NCBI GenBank assembly: GCA_000182565.2
Contig: KQ257460.1
Origin: Spizellomyces punctatus DAOM BR117
Taxonomy: Eukaryota
Direction: 5' to 3' (one strand)
DNA: 64,000 nt
Below the pieces are notes generated by a model. It saw only the letters and a list, made by a program, of their open reading frames with translations. It searched no databases and was not told the DNA's origin. Each line of letters begins with the position of its first letter. The stretch's first letter is position 1. Below are positions 40,299 to 52,934 of the stretch, in pieces. The position numbers and the translations under genes were made by a program.

Positions 40299-42298
40299 AT
40301 GGAAATGTTCAGTTCCTCTGATTGCTTTTCTCAGCAAGGCTTCGGTGGTCCGAAAGATTTGACCGGTTTGGAGCGGGCCGGTCTCAAGCTTCAAGAGGAG
40401 GGCACTGAGGAGTCAGCCGTTAACATTGAACAGTCGGATTCACCTGAGCGTGGGACCTCCTTGAATTCCCCCCCTGCGTTGTCTACGAGTTCTCGGATCA
40501 GCAGGGTTAGGAGTGATTTGGATATGCTGCCTGGGTCGCGGGGTACGTTCTAAAGAGAGGATGCTGTGGTCCAATGGTAGTCCAATGGTATGCTGACATG
40601 CTTTATCAACAGAGATTCCTGTTATAAAAAATGTTTACTTTCGTGATCCTATAAGTAATATCACATGGTCTGATTTCACCGATGAGACAACGACCGAAAT
40701 CACGGATGATTCAGATTCGGAGTCGGATTGTCCCATCGGTCCCCTAAAGGTTTGAAATAATCTCGTGTGCTGTCTCCGCGTGCATGTCATTAAGATCGTG
40801 TTTTGGTACATGGCAGCATAGGGCCCTCATAGACCTCACGGATGATTCAGATTCGGAGTCGGATTGTCCCATCGGTCCACTAAAGGTTTGAAATAACCTC
40901 GTGTGCTGTCCCCGCATTCATATCATTGACATTGATTTTGGCACACAGCGGCCAGGAGCCCTCATAGACCTCACGGAAGATGAAGCAGGTGACGAAGACG
41001 AGGAGGGTGCCCCCGAACCCTGTGACTCAGTAGGAGATATCGACATAGTAGAAGATATTGATTCAATTGGAGATGTTGGCTCAGCAAAGATTGTCTCGGA
41101 TCCCGTTGCAGAAAAGGAATTGGAGGAAGAAATTGACCTGGTTGGGGATGCGGGCCCGACCGAGACTGTCTCAGAATCTCCAACAGCTACACAACCTATC
41201 GCAGTTCTAGATGAAAATGAAATTACTGACGAAACGGACGACGTTGAAAGTATTGATGTCCAAGTGCCAACTCTGAGCTCCGCTGACGAAATGTTCCTCA
41301 CCTCCAATGATGAATCTGAAGAAGTCAGTGAATTTTCAAGCGTAATGGTATATGTGATTCCCAATTGCATGAAATGTGAACTGTGAGTTGACTAACCCGC
41401 ATCGATACAGGACGAGTCGCCATCATATTCTGACGACACATCGGACCTCGATTCTGCTTTCGGTTTCTCCAAATGCTCGCCTCCTCTCAGTAAACAACTT
41501 GATAGCATGAAACTTCATTGCGCGTGGGGACGTGAGATGGTATCAACGCTTGCGGTGGATAAAGATATATCCACTACGCATTTGGAGTCGGTAATCCCCA
41601 TGAGGGCTTGGCGAAAGGAAGCGATTGACCGCATCATCGCCATTACAGCTTGTATTACTGTCACTGGAAACATCGAGGGCGTGGCAGAGATGAAACATGC
41701 CGTTCAGGAAATCAACGAAGGACTGCTAAAGCATACGAGCGACCAAAGGGACTGGTATCAGCAACTCGAAAAATTGTTGCAAGATTTAGATAAGGCACTC
41801 AGTTTGGAAAAAGTACCGATAGTTGCGCAGCGCTCCAATACGGACAGTTCGAACGTAGAAGAGCGTCTACCAACGATTCAGAGTAAGAACGATCAGTCAC
41901 AAAACACAGCGGATAGATGTGAACAACCGTCGAACAACATTGGTCACATTGAAGCTAGCGTCGCTTCGACGAAGCGGTGCACGTTTTCCCAACGAAGCGA
42001 AGAACCACAAAGGCAAATCACACTCGCTCAGAACGAAAACGAGCGACTTGCGAAACTTGTGAATGACATCGCACTAGATGCTCCAGTATCCGCCGACGAT
42101 AAATCAATGGACGACCTACACCAAGTTCCGAGCCAAGGTCGTAAAAGGGGAGCAGACGATATTCTTGATTTGCATGCAAAGCGTCATTGTTGTTCACACT
42201 CGACGGACCATCGTGGAGCGTTTGTGGCTGGATGGATCTCAGGGATGTTTGCTGGTATCGTTAGCAGTATTGCTGGCATCATTTACCTGGGAAGTTGA
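40299..42298 (+). CDS. Hypothetical acidic, largely disordered protein with a coiled coil and a C-terminal TM anchor, multi-exon
   Basis: Same-strand ORFs at 40299, 40901 and 41507 linked by GT-AG introns. Ends GAFVAGWISGMFAGIVSSIAGIIYLGS*. Confidence 0.55.
40700..40980 (+). repeat. Tandem duplication of about 136 bp (exon plus intron unit), two copies plus the start of a third
   Basis: tcacggatgattcagattcggagtcggattgtcccatcggtc...ctaaaggtttgaaataa begins at 40700 and 40836. gccctcatagacctcacgga recurs at about 40823 and 40958. Confidence 0.9.
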
Positions 42299-42573
42299 GG
42301 AATTCTTCGTTGAGGATGGACATTCCTGTCAGCCGACTGATGGCCTTGTGTTATGAAAGTGAGCAGGCGTTAGTTACTGTGGTTTGGAGCACATTGGCTT
42401 TGTATATGTTTAGTTGTTACTGTATCCTGTTGTTACTTTGTATTATTCTGTTCCGCGTAGCATATCTTTACTGTTTGTCGCGGGTTGTATGTAGCATATC
42501 AATTCCTGTAAAGAAATAACCGTTGAATTCCTTGAATCATTAAAAGCTTATCCGAATTTTATTTTCACATAGC

Positions 42574-43464
42574 TTAATCCCTGGCGTACTCTACGGGCTC
42601 TATCGCAGCTCTAATCTTTTCTACAATCACTTCACCTTCACCTGCACCCGTCGTTTTTCTTACACATAATACATTCCGACTGCACAAGTCGTATACCTCT
42701 GCTCCATTCTCTTCTCGCGATCCTTTCTCCCAGTTGACGACTATCCCGCCGGCTTCGCGTAAAATTACGGTAGCAGCCGCCACGTCCCATGCATGAACAC
42801 CAGCCTCCCAATACGCGTCCAGTGTACCCCTGGCGACATAACACATTGTCAAAGCTGCAGACCCAATAGTACGCACTCCTCGGGCCGGTGATGCAACGAC
42901 TTTGTGTAGAGTTCTTACTTTCGGATCCAGAATCTCTGGTGCGCGGTCCGACCCATATTCGCTAGCAACAAGCGCGGTCGAGAGGGAAGGTAGAGGCTTG
43001 AGAGGCGGCAAGGGCAACGGTGTCTCGTTCAAGAACGCTCCACCGCCATGTGTCGCATAAAAGAGCTCCTCCATAATCGGGTTATACACCACCCCAACAA
43101 CAGGCCGTCCCTTTATTACCAACGCAATTGCAACGGCCACAAAAGGGAATCCATGGACAAAATTGGTTGTACCGTCGATGGGATCCACAACCCAAGACGG
43201 CGTATCGTCCAACCCCGTCCGCTTGCTCTCAGACTCTGAGACAGATTCCTCACCAACAAACTTGTGGGAAGGGTACACGGAGCGGAGATGCGAAAAGATG
43301 ACTTGTTCAACTTGACGATCGACTTGGGTAACGAGGTCGGCGTCGTTCGCGTTTTTAAGGTCTATGGAAAGCGTAGTGCGGTTTGTAAAGGCATTTTTGA
43401 TGATGGCTCCGGCTGTGCGGGCAATGGAAAGGGCTTCGGTGAGGTAGGGCTTGTAGTCTGCCAT
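42574..43464 (-). CDS. INM1: Inositol monophosphatase
   Basis: DLVTQVDRQVE, GEES, WVVDPIDGTTNFVHG, GSAAL, WDVAAA. Confidence 0.95.
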   Translation of the reverse strand: MADYKPYLTEALSIARTAGAIIKNAFTNRTTLSIDLKNANDADLVTQVDRQVEQVIFSHLRSVYPSHKFVGEESVSESESKRTGLDDTPSWVVDPIDGTTNFVHGFPFVAVAIALVIKGRPVVGVVYNPIMEELFYATHGGGAFLNETPLPLPPLKPLPSLSTALVASEYGSDRAPEILDPKVRTLHKVVASPARGVRTIGSAALTMCYVARGTLDAYWEAGVHAWDVAAATVILREAGGIVVNWEKGSREENGAEVYDLCSRNVLCVRKTTGAGEGEVIVEKIRAAIEPVEYARD

Positions 43465-43618
43465 TGTAGAATGTAGCAAAGCACATAGCCCGCCGTTGGA
43501 AGAGCGTATTATGGGAGGGTCGCGATACGCAACCATGGCAACAAGGTCATCGTGCGCAGCTCGCTCACATCATCACCTTTCGCTCATCTCAGCACTTGTT
43601 TCCAACAAAAGCACGAAC

Positions 43619-44628
43619 ATGCTCCGAACAGCTCCTACACACTCCCAAACCCGTCAACGGGAACCATCCCCGCCACCACAGTCTCTCGCACCACACATAA
43701 AACGACAATTTGACACTCTTGCGCGCACCGAACTCCGACTTCAAGCCGCCATTTCTCGGCTTGCAGAATGTGAAGGTCCACAGTTGACTATCGTGAAGCA
43801 GAATGACGAGATTAGGGCAATGTTGAAAGGGCTCTCAAAGGGCATAGATGTAGGGTTGAAGCATCAGTTTCGGATATTGCCTTTGTAAGACTAATGTGCT
43901 TTTAATGGTTACCAGGATCTGAATTTAATCGCGGAAGAGCAGGACCGACCGAGTGATACCCACGCCATCCTTTCCCAACTCTCCCAACACCAAGAACACT
44001 ACAAACAGTACGTTCACTTGACATTCTTTGTGGCTTTTTGCGATATACTTACTTTCCACGCAGACTTCAACTCTCTCTCCGAAAAGCCAACTTATCCGCC
44101 ACCCGCAACCTAACCCAAGCCGCCGAAAAAGAGCGACAGGAGCTGCTTAAAGGCGGCTCAGAGCAACGGCACCTTCGGATGCGCAAAATGCAAGACAGTC
44201 GATCGGTGGTACAAGCGAGCAACGAACTGACACAATCTATGCGACATGCCGTGGAGATGCTTTCAACAGAATTGGGAAAGAGTGTGGAGGTGAATAAAGC
44301 TTTTGGTGGGTATTCACTTTGGATTTGCTGTTGTTTATATGGTAGTATCGCAGTTCAGAGTTTTAACTTGTCGGTAGACGAGTCGAGTCGCGTTCTCTCG
44401 AAAACAGTCACAGAATACCTCGCCTTCGGCTCCGTTCTCCGAACCTCCCGACAACTCGTGACAAAACTCCAACGCCGAGACTGGACAGATCGGTTGTTGT
44501 TACTATTTGGGCTATTGGTATTTACTTTGAGCGTCTTGAGCATTTTAAGGAGACGCCTCTGGATCTGGGTTCCAGGGTGGAAGTGGGTCACGGGACAGTG
44601 TGGGGAGGACGACTGGCTTTGTTTTTAA
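43619..44628 (+). CDS. SEC20: Sec20/BNIP1 ER SNARE, multi-exon
   Basis: LRKANL, ERQELL, SRQLVTKLQRRDWTDRLLLLFGLLVFTLSVLSILRRRLW. Confidence 0.88.
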
Positions 44629-44860
44629 ACAGAGACGCAATTTTCGCTGTTGAATGACAAGTGTTCTTGACACTGTTGAGGACGAATTGTGTTTATTTTT
44701 GCATTGGTCGAAAAAGTCTTCATGATTCATACCTTTGCTACCAAAGAATCTGCGCACAAGTTCGCGTATGCGAATATATTCATAATCACGTTTCATCCAT
44801 TAGCACAACTACAATTACATACTTTAAGCGCCCTGCAGATTCATCCCGTATATCAAACAT

Positions 44861-47246
44861 TCACGGCGGCAGCCGCGCGTTATCTTGCCACGGCTCCAAC
44901 GGCTCCCCAACCGACTCCCCAGCCACATCCTCCAAAATAATATCAATCCCACCCTCTTCCGCCAATCTATCTACTCCCCACATGCGAATATCGGGTTCCT
45001 GCCCAGTATTCGTTCCAAGGGCGCCGTAGCCACCCCGCCGTCTTTTTCGACGAACACGAATATATATGACACTCAATACACCCACCACTACTGCACCCAG
45101 TACTAAGCCCATTCCAAATTTTCCAGTGCCCAGCGTATCTTGTGGTGATCTGGGGACAGTTGCAGCCACATGTAAAAGGACAGCACCCAACGTCCACGAC
45201 ACCCCAAAGTTGCCAATCTGGTCCACGCTTTCAAAGTTGGATGCCCCCTCCCCCTCCACATCGACTCCTTTCCCATCCTCATCCTCATCCCCAGGAACTC
45301 GCACTCTATCTCTCGGCACACCCAGTCCCTCATGCAAAACATTCATGATCCACGCACTCTTGAAGCATTGCAGTCTTAACCGATCCAAATCAGAAACTTG
45401 AGGAAAAGCCCCTTCCGCATGCATCCTCTCGATATCTTCCCAAGGTTGCGAACAAAAGGTTTCGGTAGTACGATAGAAAATCGAATGGTTATATGCACCC
45501 CCTAGACCGTACACTTGGGATGAAGTGTACCAGTATTCTGACACACCCAGAAAATGCAGAGCATCGGATATAGGGGCGTGCACGCCATTAAATAGGCATG
45601 GGATGTCAGGACACGGTAGCGATTTGTTCAGGAGAGGGATCTGGGCTTCCAGGCAGGTTGAGAACGCCCCTGTGCCTTTTAGGAGCAGCGGTTTAGTGTC
45701 GTGGGGAACGTGGGATGTGTCATTAAGGAGGAGATTCAGAGGAAGGCAGGGATCGGGAATTATGACGGGCGATGTTGCTCCATCGGACAAAGCGCCTTGG
45801 GGGGCTCGTGAATACGGCAGTGAATACCGCCGCTCGTCCAAACTATTCCCTTTTATCAAGGTCTCCAAATACCGCCTTCTAGCCTCATTCATACCAAATC
45901 CCAGAAACGTGGTCACAAATACGGAATACGCCAACTCAGTTCCATCCAAGAACCTCATTCTTAATCCCGTCAAATCATCACCATGTTTACGAGCCATATC
46001 CGCCGTTGGTTCAAAAGCAATCTGCGTCGACGCACCGCCCATGTCCAGGAATCCAAAAGTGTGTTTTCTCTTCCGCGTAGATGTGCCGCCGAATCCGTTC
46101 TTTAAGTAATTGACAGTAATCCAACCGTAGATTCCTTCTAATTCGCCGGAAATGACGCGGAAATGGAGATCGCATCCACCATTTGTGGCAAATGGGTAGT
46201 GGGATCGCACGTATTCGCAAGTATGACTGAGGATAGCGGTACGAGCCGTTGGGGAGATGAGACGCATACCGGCCGTGGCGAGCAGATATATGGGGGTACT
46301 AGCATGTTTTCGAGTGGGCACGACAGACGAGGCAAAGTCAAGAAGCGGCTTCAAATGTCTCCCAACTTGATCGGGCGTGTCTGCAAAGCTAGATATGCCT
46401 GGATCCTCCTTAAACTGCCATCTCTCGCCGTTTTCATCGCCTTTTTCAATTACGGATAGGCGCCTCAGCATTTTCTCTCTCTCGTGTTTGGTTGCTTTCT
46501 CTGCTAATTGGCGAATATGCATTGGATCTATCCACGAATAGACCTGGACCCTTGACCCGGAGCTCCCAGCATCGATGACGATTCCGTACTGTCGATATCG
46601 CGACCAGTCGGATAGCGGCAGATCTGCATCTTGGTCTTGCGATTCAATAGGCGTAAACCCCGTTTCGAGATTCAAGACCGCCGCATCGGGATCCGAGGAT
46701 GTAGTAGGAGGTTGATCAGAAAATCCCATATGCGTAGGAGGTAAGTAACCCGTATAGGCAATCACCAGTATCACCAGAAGGAAGAATAACGCAAGAAGCA
46801 CCAGTCGATTGACTCTTCGTCCTGTAAGGCAAAGCCAATGCAAACGACGAGTGAGATAGAGTTGTGATTGTTAGTTGTCCAAAGATCTTTTCGTTACCTC
46901 CCAGTCCCCAATGCCTTAAAACAACCCAGCAATGCGTCAAGAAAACTTTTTCATTTTGCTCAGCATACAATGGAGGTAAAGACCCCGCCAGATTTCTAGC
47001 CGTCTCCAACAATGGCAAACTATTACTTCGCCCACTCTCTCGCAGAGATCGAGGCGGCGAAGAACTCGGACTGAATATCGGTGAATTGGACGCGGTGGAG
47101 AGTTTCGAGGTTATTGAAGTCGAATAGGCAGTATCTGGGCGGGGATCAGGGTTTAGACGGGAGGGAGAGGAGGACGTGCGCACAATGACGTTGGAGTCGC
47201 TGCGGAGGAGGCCTCGTGAACGTTCTACTGATCCGGTGCGTTGCAT
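44861..47246 (-). CDS. YND1: Golgi apyrase, GDA1/CD39 family (Ynd1-like), one 5' intron
   Basis: YGIVIDAGSSGSRV, LLATAGMR, ISGELEGIYGW, LDMGGASTQ, GVSEYWY, CFKSAW, SWTLG, and a C-terminal TM segment. Confidence 0.93.
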
Positions 47247-48131
47247 GTACTGTAAATAGAAAACGATGCGGCTGAGGGGCGGCTTATCTTCCTCCGTCCA
47301 CTACCGCTTGTTGCCACGTTGTCAATATACAAGTGTTGAAAAATACTGAAAAAAAAATACAAAAAAAAACGAAAACAAAAGCGGCAGGATAGGAGGTGAC
47401 AAGCAACCGATGGTGTGCTGCGCACGACAGATGAGTTGGTGATTGGAACCGGAATCGGTGTGGTTCGACATCCGTTGAAACAGCAGCTATGGGCAGATAC
47501 CAATACGTTCCAATATCACTATTGTGTTTATTTTCAAAGATGGCCTCAATCTACAGATATAGATCGTTTTCCTCTGGTAGAGGGGACATTTGGTCCAAAT
47601 GTCGACGTTTGGGACCGAAACATGATAGGAATTAGGCCGGTGATTACTCGGATGTGTTTGTAGCAACAAGAGGACGCTGTAAATCGCTTATGTCGGGTTA
47701 TGAAGAAGAGCATTGTGCGCTTGGAGGATGCGTCCTTGGAAAAGCAGTTTGATCGCAAGCGGGAGTAATAGGAAGCGAACATTGTTCTTCAAATACACAA
47801 TCCAGTAGCTGCTCTCCAGTAGCTGCTCTATCGTCCAAAACCAGACCTTGCAAAGAATAAAAAATCCTTTTCACTTGCCCACTTGTTCGTGCGCCAACAT
47901 CACAGAGCTTCAACTGAAAGTCAATCGCCAGCAAAAAGCTCCCTAAAAACCAACCCTGAAAATCGTCGCGTTCCGTCAGCAAGCTCCAAAGAAGCGTGTC
48001 CCCCCTCCAACCCAGCCCCCCGCTCGACCATTTAATCTCACTTGCGATCCGCACGCGCAGGGAGCGTAGGGCGTAAACCCTGTTGCACGCTACAGAAAGT
48101 ACAGAGTTCATATCCTTCTTGGAGCAGCAAT

Positions 48132-51100
48132 ATGTCGGACGCAAAGTACTTTCAACGAGGTCTGTATTGCAAAAAAAGCATAGTGCACGAATCCACTACA
48201 ATTAGCTCACAATGGATCGCAGGGAAAATCCACGACCTGAGGACTGAACTCAATTCAGACCGAAAGGACCCAAAGCACACTAAGAAAAAAGTGGCAATGA
48301 AAAAGATTGTTGCAAACATGACAATGGGGAACGACATGTCCGCTTTATTTCCAGATGTCGTTGGATGCATGTCCGTCCCGGCGTTGGAAGTGAAAAAGAT
48401 GGTGTATTTGTATTTGATCAACTATGCAAAAAGTAAACCGGATATGGCTGTTTTGGCTGTGAATACCTTGGCGAGGGTATGTATTTTGTTTTCTCGCTGG
48501 GTCGTTCAACAGGTGCAATACTTACGCAACACAGGATGCAGAAGATCCCAACCCACTCATACGAGCCCTCGCCATCCGGACTATGGGATACATGCAAGTG
48601 GACCGCATCATAGACGAACTGCTGCGCCCTCTGCACAAGTGCCTGACTGATAAGGACCCTTATGTGTGCAAAACGGCGGCAATATGCGTCGCAAAATTAT
48701 TTTTGCATAGCAAGGAATTGGTGGAGAAGGAGGGATTTCTGGACCAGCTGAGGGCTTTGTTGGGACACGATAACTCGACTGTGAGTGTCAGTGTTGAGGA
48801 TGCAGGGAGAGTTCCACTGGATTAACGTTTTGGACACTTAGGTTGTTGCAAACGCTGTTGCTGCCTTGATGGAAATCTCGGATCGTTCGGAAAATTTCGA
48901 TTTTTCTCTGGATGTGTCCCAAGCCAACAAACTGTTGACAGCCCTAAACGAAAGCTCCGAGTACGTAAGGTTTTTTTTGATTATTCAACACGTAATTTCT
49001 CATCTTCGCTCTGTCAGATGGGGTCAAGCATACCTCCTCGATGCCATCATGCGTGTCGTACCTCAGGAAGCAGACGACGCTGAGCTCTTGGCGGATCGAA
49101 TCAGTCCCAGGCTTCAGCACGCCAATTCAGCTGTAGTTCTCACCGCTGTTCGGGTCATCCTCTACTTGACGAATTATATTCCAAAGGAAGATACGGTCAA
49201 CTCGCTTTTGAAACGTCTTGGGCCACCTCTAGGTAAAGCCATCGACAATCATGTCACACGCGACAATAATCTGACATTTGAACATCAGTCACACTCCTCC
49301 ATAATGGCCCCGAGGTCCAATATGTCGCCCTTAGAAATATCCTTCTTCTACTACAACGGAAACCGGATATTCTCAGAAACGAGCTTAAAGTCTTTTTCTG
49401 CAAGTATAACGACCCGATTTATGTCAAGTTGGCTAAATTGGAGATTATGGTTCGGTTGGCGGGAGAAGGAAATGTCGATCAGGTTCTGTCAGAGTTGAAA
49501 GAGTGAGTTGAATCTGCAACTCCATGAGTGTTCTTTTAGGTTGATTGTGTTTGGGGACTTTCACTAGGTATGCATCTGAAGTCGATGTGGATTTTGTGAG
49601 AAAGTCTGTTCGGTCGATTGGGCGGTGCGCCATCAAAATCGAGAGTGCTGCAGACAAGTGCATTAGCGCCCTGGTGGAGTTGATTGAGACCAAAGTCAAT
49701 TATGTCGTCCAAGAAGCCATTGTCGTAATCAAAGTAAGATGAACCCACTCTCGAATGACCGGCCGTCGGCAATTGCTAAACAGAGGTTCCGCAGGACATC
49801 TTCCGCAAATACCCCAACAGATACGAATCCATTATCGGAACCCTTTGTGAAAACCTCGATACCCTCGACGAACCCGACGCCAAAGCTTCCATGATTTGGA
49901 TTATTGGACAATACGCTGACCGGATCTCCAACGCGGACGAACTCCTCGAGGCATTCCTGGAGAAATTCCTCGAAGAGACTGCCCAAGTTCAGCTGGCACT
50001 CTTGACTGCTATCGTAAAATTATTCATAAAACGGCCGCTGGTTGGCCAGGAACTCGTTCCAAAAGTCCTGAAATTCGCGACAGAAGAGAGCGATAACCCG
50101 GATTTAAGGGATCGAGGATTCATTTACTGGCGACTCTTGTCCACGGACCCAGTCGCAGCGAAAACGATCATCTTGTCAGACAAGCCCGCCATATCCACCG
50201 AAACAGACAATGTGGACAACCAGCTATTGCAAGAGTTGTTACTTCATGTATCGACCTTGGCGTCGATTTATCATAAACCTGCAACAAGCTTTATTGGAGG
50301 TGTCAAGCCGCGCAAGTTGATGCCGTCACGAGCGTTAGTGTTCAGGAATGTCGGTGGCACGGGGTTGCCTGAGGAGATGCCAGAGTAAGTCCTGTTTACT
50401 TTATGCGCTTACCATTGACGCTCACGGATACTCTTTGCAGGGACATAAACCCCTATGCGACAGGTGTAATGAACAATCCCTATACAGATGACCTGGGACT
50501 CTCAACCCTTCAAACCGGGGAAGGAAATCTTGGAAACTTATTAGATCTCGATCTGGGCGGCGGGGAAGAGAATGTGGATGTTGCTGGGGCGTTTGGAGAT
50601 GAGAGCGAGTTGGGCGGATTGAATTTCTCTGGTGGTGGAGGTGGTGCAGTAGGACAAGGGCAACAGACTCGGCCAGTGTATTTGTTTTCATCGATTGCGA
50701 CGTTTGGAGGCGGGCAAGGTGTTGGTGGTTCGGGTGGTGGATCGAGCGGATTGGGACCAACAGGTGCAATGGGTGGTTTGGGTGGTTTGAGTGCAATGGG
50801 TGCAATGGGCGGAACGGGGGCAATGGGCGGAACGGGTGGAATCAGCCTGGGAGGTTTACCGGGAGGTGCAAATGGAATGGGCGTAAGCGGAAATAATCCT
50901 TTTGCAGGAATTCAGCAGCCACCACTAGCCCAACAGCAGCAATTGACGCCTGCTTTCGCACCGGGCACATTTGGTATGCTCTCGGCAGCAACACCACCGC
51001 TAACCTCTCCTCCTGCCTCCATCCCCACCCCGGACGTCATCAGTCGACAGTCAAACCCCCTTGCCACGCTCGACCCATTTTCCAAAACCTCTGCTTCGGC

Positions 51101-52121
51101 GAATGCATCCCTGCAATCCCCGCCATCATTGACACCCGATGCAAACCCGTTTGGAGGTATCAGCAACAGTACGCCTCAACCCGATATTTTGGGAGACTTG
51201 GCTTCCCTTTCGTTGAATACCCATGTTCCACCGAAACAGCTTTGGATGTCTGCGGCGAGTGGGCGGGGATTGCAAGTTGTTGGCACCTGTGAGTCCAGTA
51301 GATGAACGCGGACACTCTGTGAACTGCGTTGTTTTAACAATTGCTTCAATTCTTGCAGTCGTGCGACGACAGGGGCAAATGTGGATGGAGATGGTGTTCA
51401 CTAATAAGGCGTTGCAGCCTCTAAGTATTGCAGGGATCTTGTTCAACAAGAATACGTATGTTGGACTGTGCGTGGCTTACGTGATTCGGACAAGAAACTA
51501 ATGTGGTTGCTCTTGTCAAACAGGTTTAGTCTAGTTCCAGGCCCGCTGGACGTGCGCGGCCCCATATTCCCAAACACGTCTGCAGAAGCGGCTCTCAACC
51601 TCAAGGTGGAAGGCCTTTCACAAGGCTCGACACCTGTCAATAACCTCCAGGTCGCGCTCAAGACGACAGCGGGGATCGTGTACTTTCAGACTCTTGTCCC
51701 TTTGCAGGTTCTCTTTGTCGAGACGGGTGGGTTGGACCAATCTTCATGGTTGCGCATGTGGAATGAGATTGGGGATGAGCGAGAATCTAAAAAGAGTGTG
51801 GGTTTGACTGTGGATGTGGAGCGAGCCAAGCATGCTTTGAAAAGTGCCAATGTGTTTTGTGTCGCGCAGAGGGTGATTGAGGGGGTGGTGAGTATCTATC
51901 GACTTTTCATCCTTTAAACTCGAGTGCCAACAATATCCTTTTAGCAACTCTTGTATACGTCTGTCCGCCTGGTGGACGGAACAATCTTTTTGAGCGAACT
52001 CAAATTCGAGCCCGCAACCTCTAGCTGCATTGTGTCTACAAAAACATATGCAACGCATCTCCAAGAAGCTTTCCAAGAAGCCTTGAACCAAGTGCTCAAA
52101 CAAGAGGAACCATCCGTATAG
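48132..52121 (+). CDS. AP-1/AP-2 adaptor complex beta subunit (likely AP-2 beta/Apl1), multi-exon
   Basis: [85 protein letters not shown], a Gly-rich hinge and an ear domain. Confidence 0.95.
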
Positions 52122-52184
52122 ATCACCATTTTATATATATATTTTTTAATAAACTCTTTCTCCTCCTCACAACTATTGCTTGCT

Positions 52185-52553
52185 CTAAGCATTCATTGCC
52201 AGTGGAATTGAAGGTGGATGGTACATTTTCATGCCTCCATAGGCAGGTGGAGCGGACGCAACGCGCTTCAAGTCCGAGTCTTCACTAAACGAGGATGCCG
52301 TACTGGGTGTCCGTGTGGTCATGTCTGGCGGCACGTAATCGTGTTCTTCATGGTCGAGAGGATGGTGTTGGAGGAGTTTGCCCTTGAAGCTCTTTTCTTT
52401 GAGTGTTGCTTCGAGGGCCTTGTAAAAGTCGTGGGATTCAGGTGACGGTGGCGATGTGCTTGATGGTGATGTGGGGGAAGACGGGGATGCAAAAACGAGG
52501 GAATATGAGTAGTCTATAATGGTTGTGAGGGCAGATGCAATGTAGGATAACAT
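52185..52553 (-). CDS. Small hypothetical protein (122 aa)
   Basis: ATG-initiated ORF with a hydrophobic N-terminus and Ser/Pro-rich body. AATAAA-like AT-rich sequence lies downstream, and it sits head-to-head with AFG1. Confidence 0.5.
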   Translation of the reverse strand: MLSYIASALTTIIDYSYSLVFASPSSPTSPSSTSPPSPESHDFYKALEATLKEKSFKGKLLQHHPLDHEEHDYVPPDMTTRTPSTASSFSEDSDLKRVASAPPAYGGMKMYHPPSIPLAMNA

Positions 52554-52934
52554 GGTCGTTGTCGTTGTTGAATGTCGTTCTGATTGTCACAGTAATGGCA
52601 AGTGTGAAATGAGTTGAAAATGACAAATGGAAATAACGTGGGAAAAAAGAATCCCAAAGCCCTTTTCATATAGAAAATCACATGTCACGTGAATATGTTT
52701 CATCATTGATTTGTGTAACCATAAAATGCCATGGAACAAAAAGATGATGTTATTCCCGTGTGATGCTCTCACATGTGCGCGTGAGAAAAACAAGCGGATC
52801 TCCGAACAGTCAGAGAGTGGCATGACAACAACATTTGTCACTAGTCACGTCAGTATCATGTGATATATATCACGTGATAGATGAGGGATTCTCGGAGGAT
52901 GGCGATTGTGGGCGAGAAGGTGCTAGGAGCAACC

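Noticed and set aside
40700..40980. Repeat-spacer pattern as a CRISPR-like array
   Set aside because: The intervening sequences are homologous to each other and carry splice signals, the context is eukaryotic, and there are no cas genes.
47440..47480. GGTTCGA motif suggesting a tRNA T-arm
   Set aside because: No cloverleaf or acceptor stem can be built around it.
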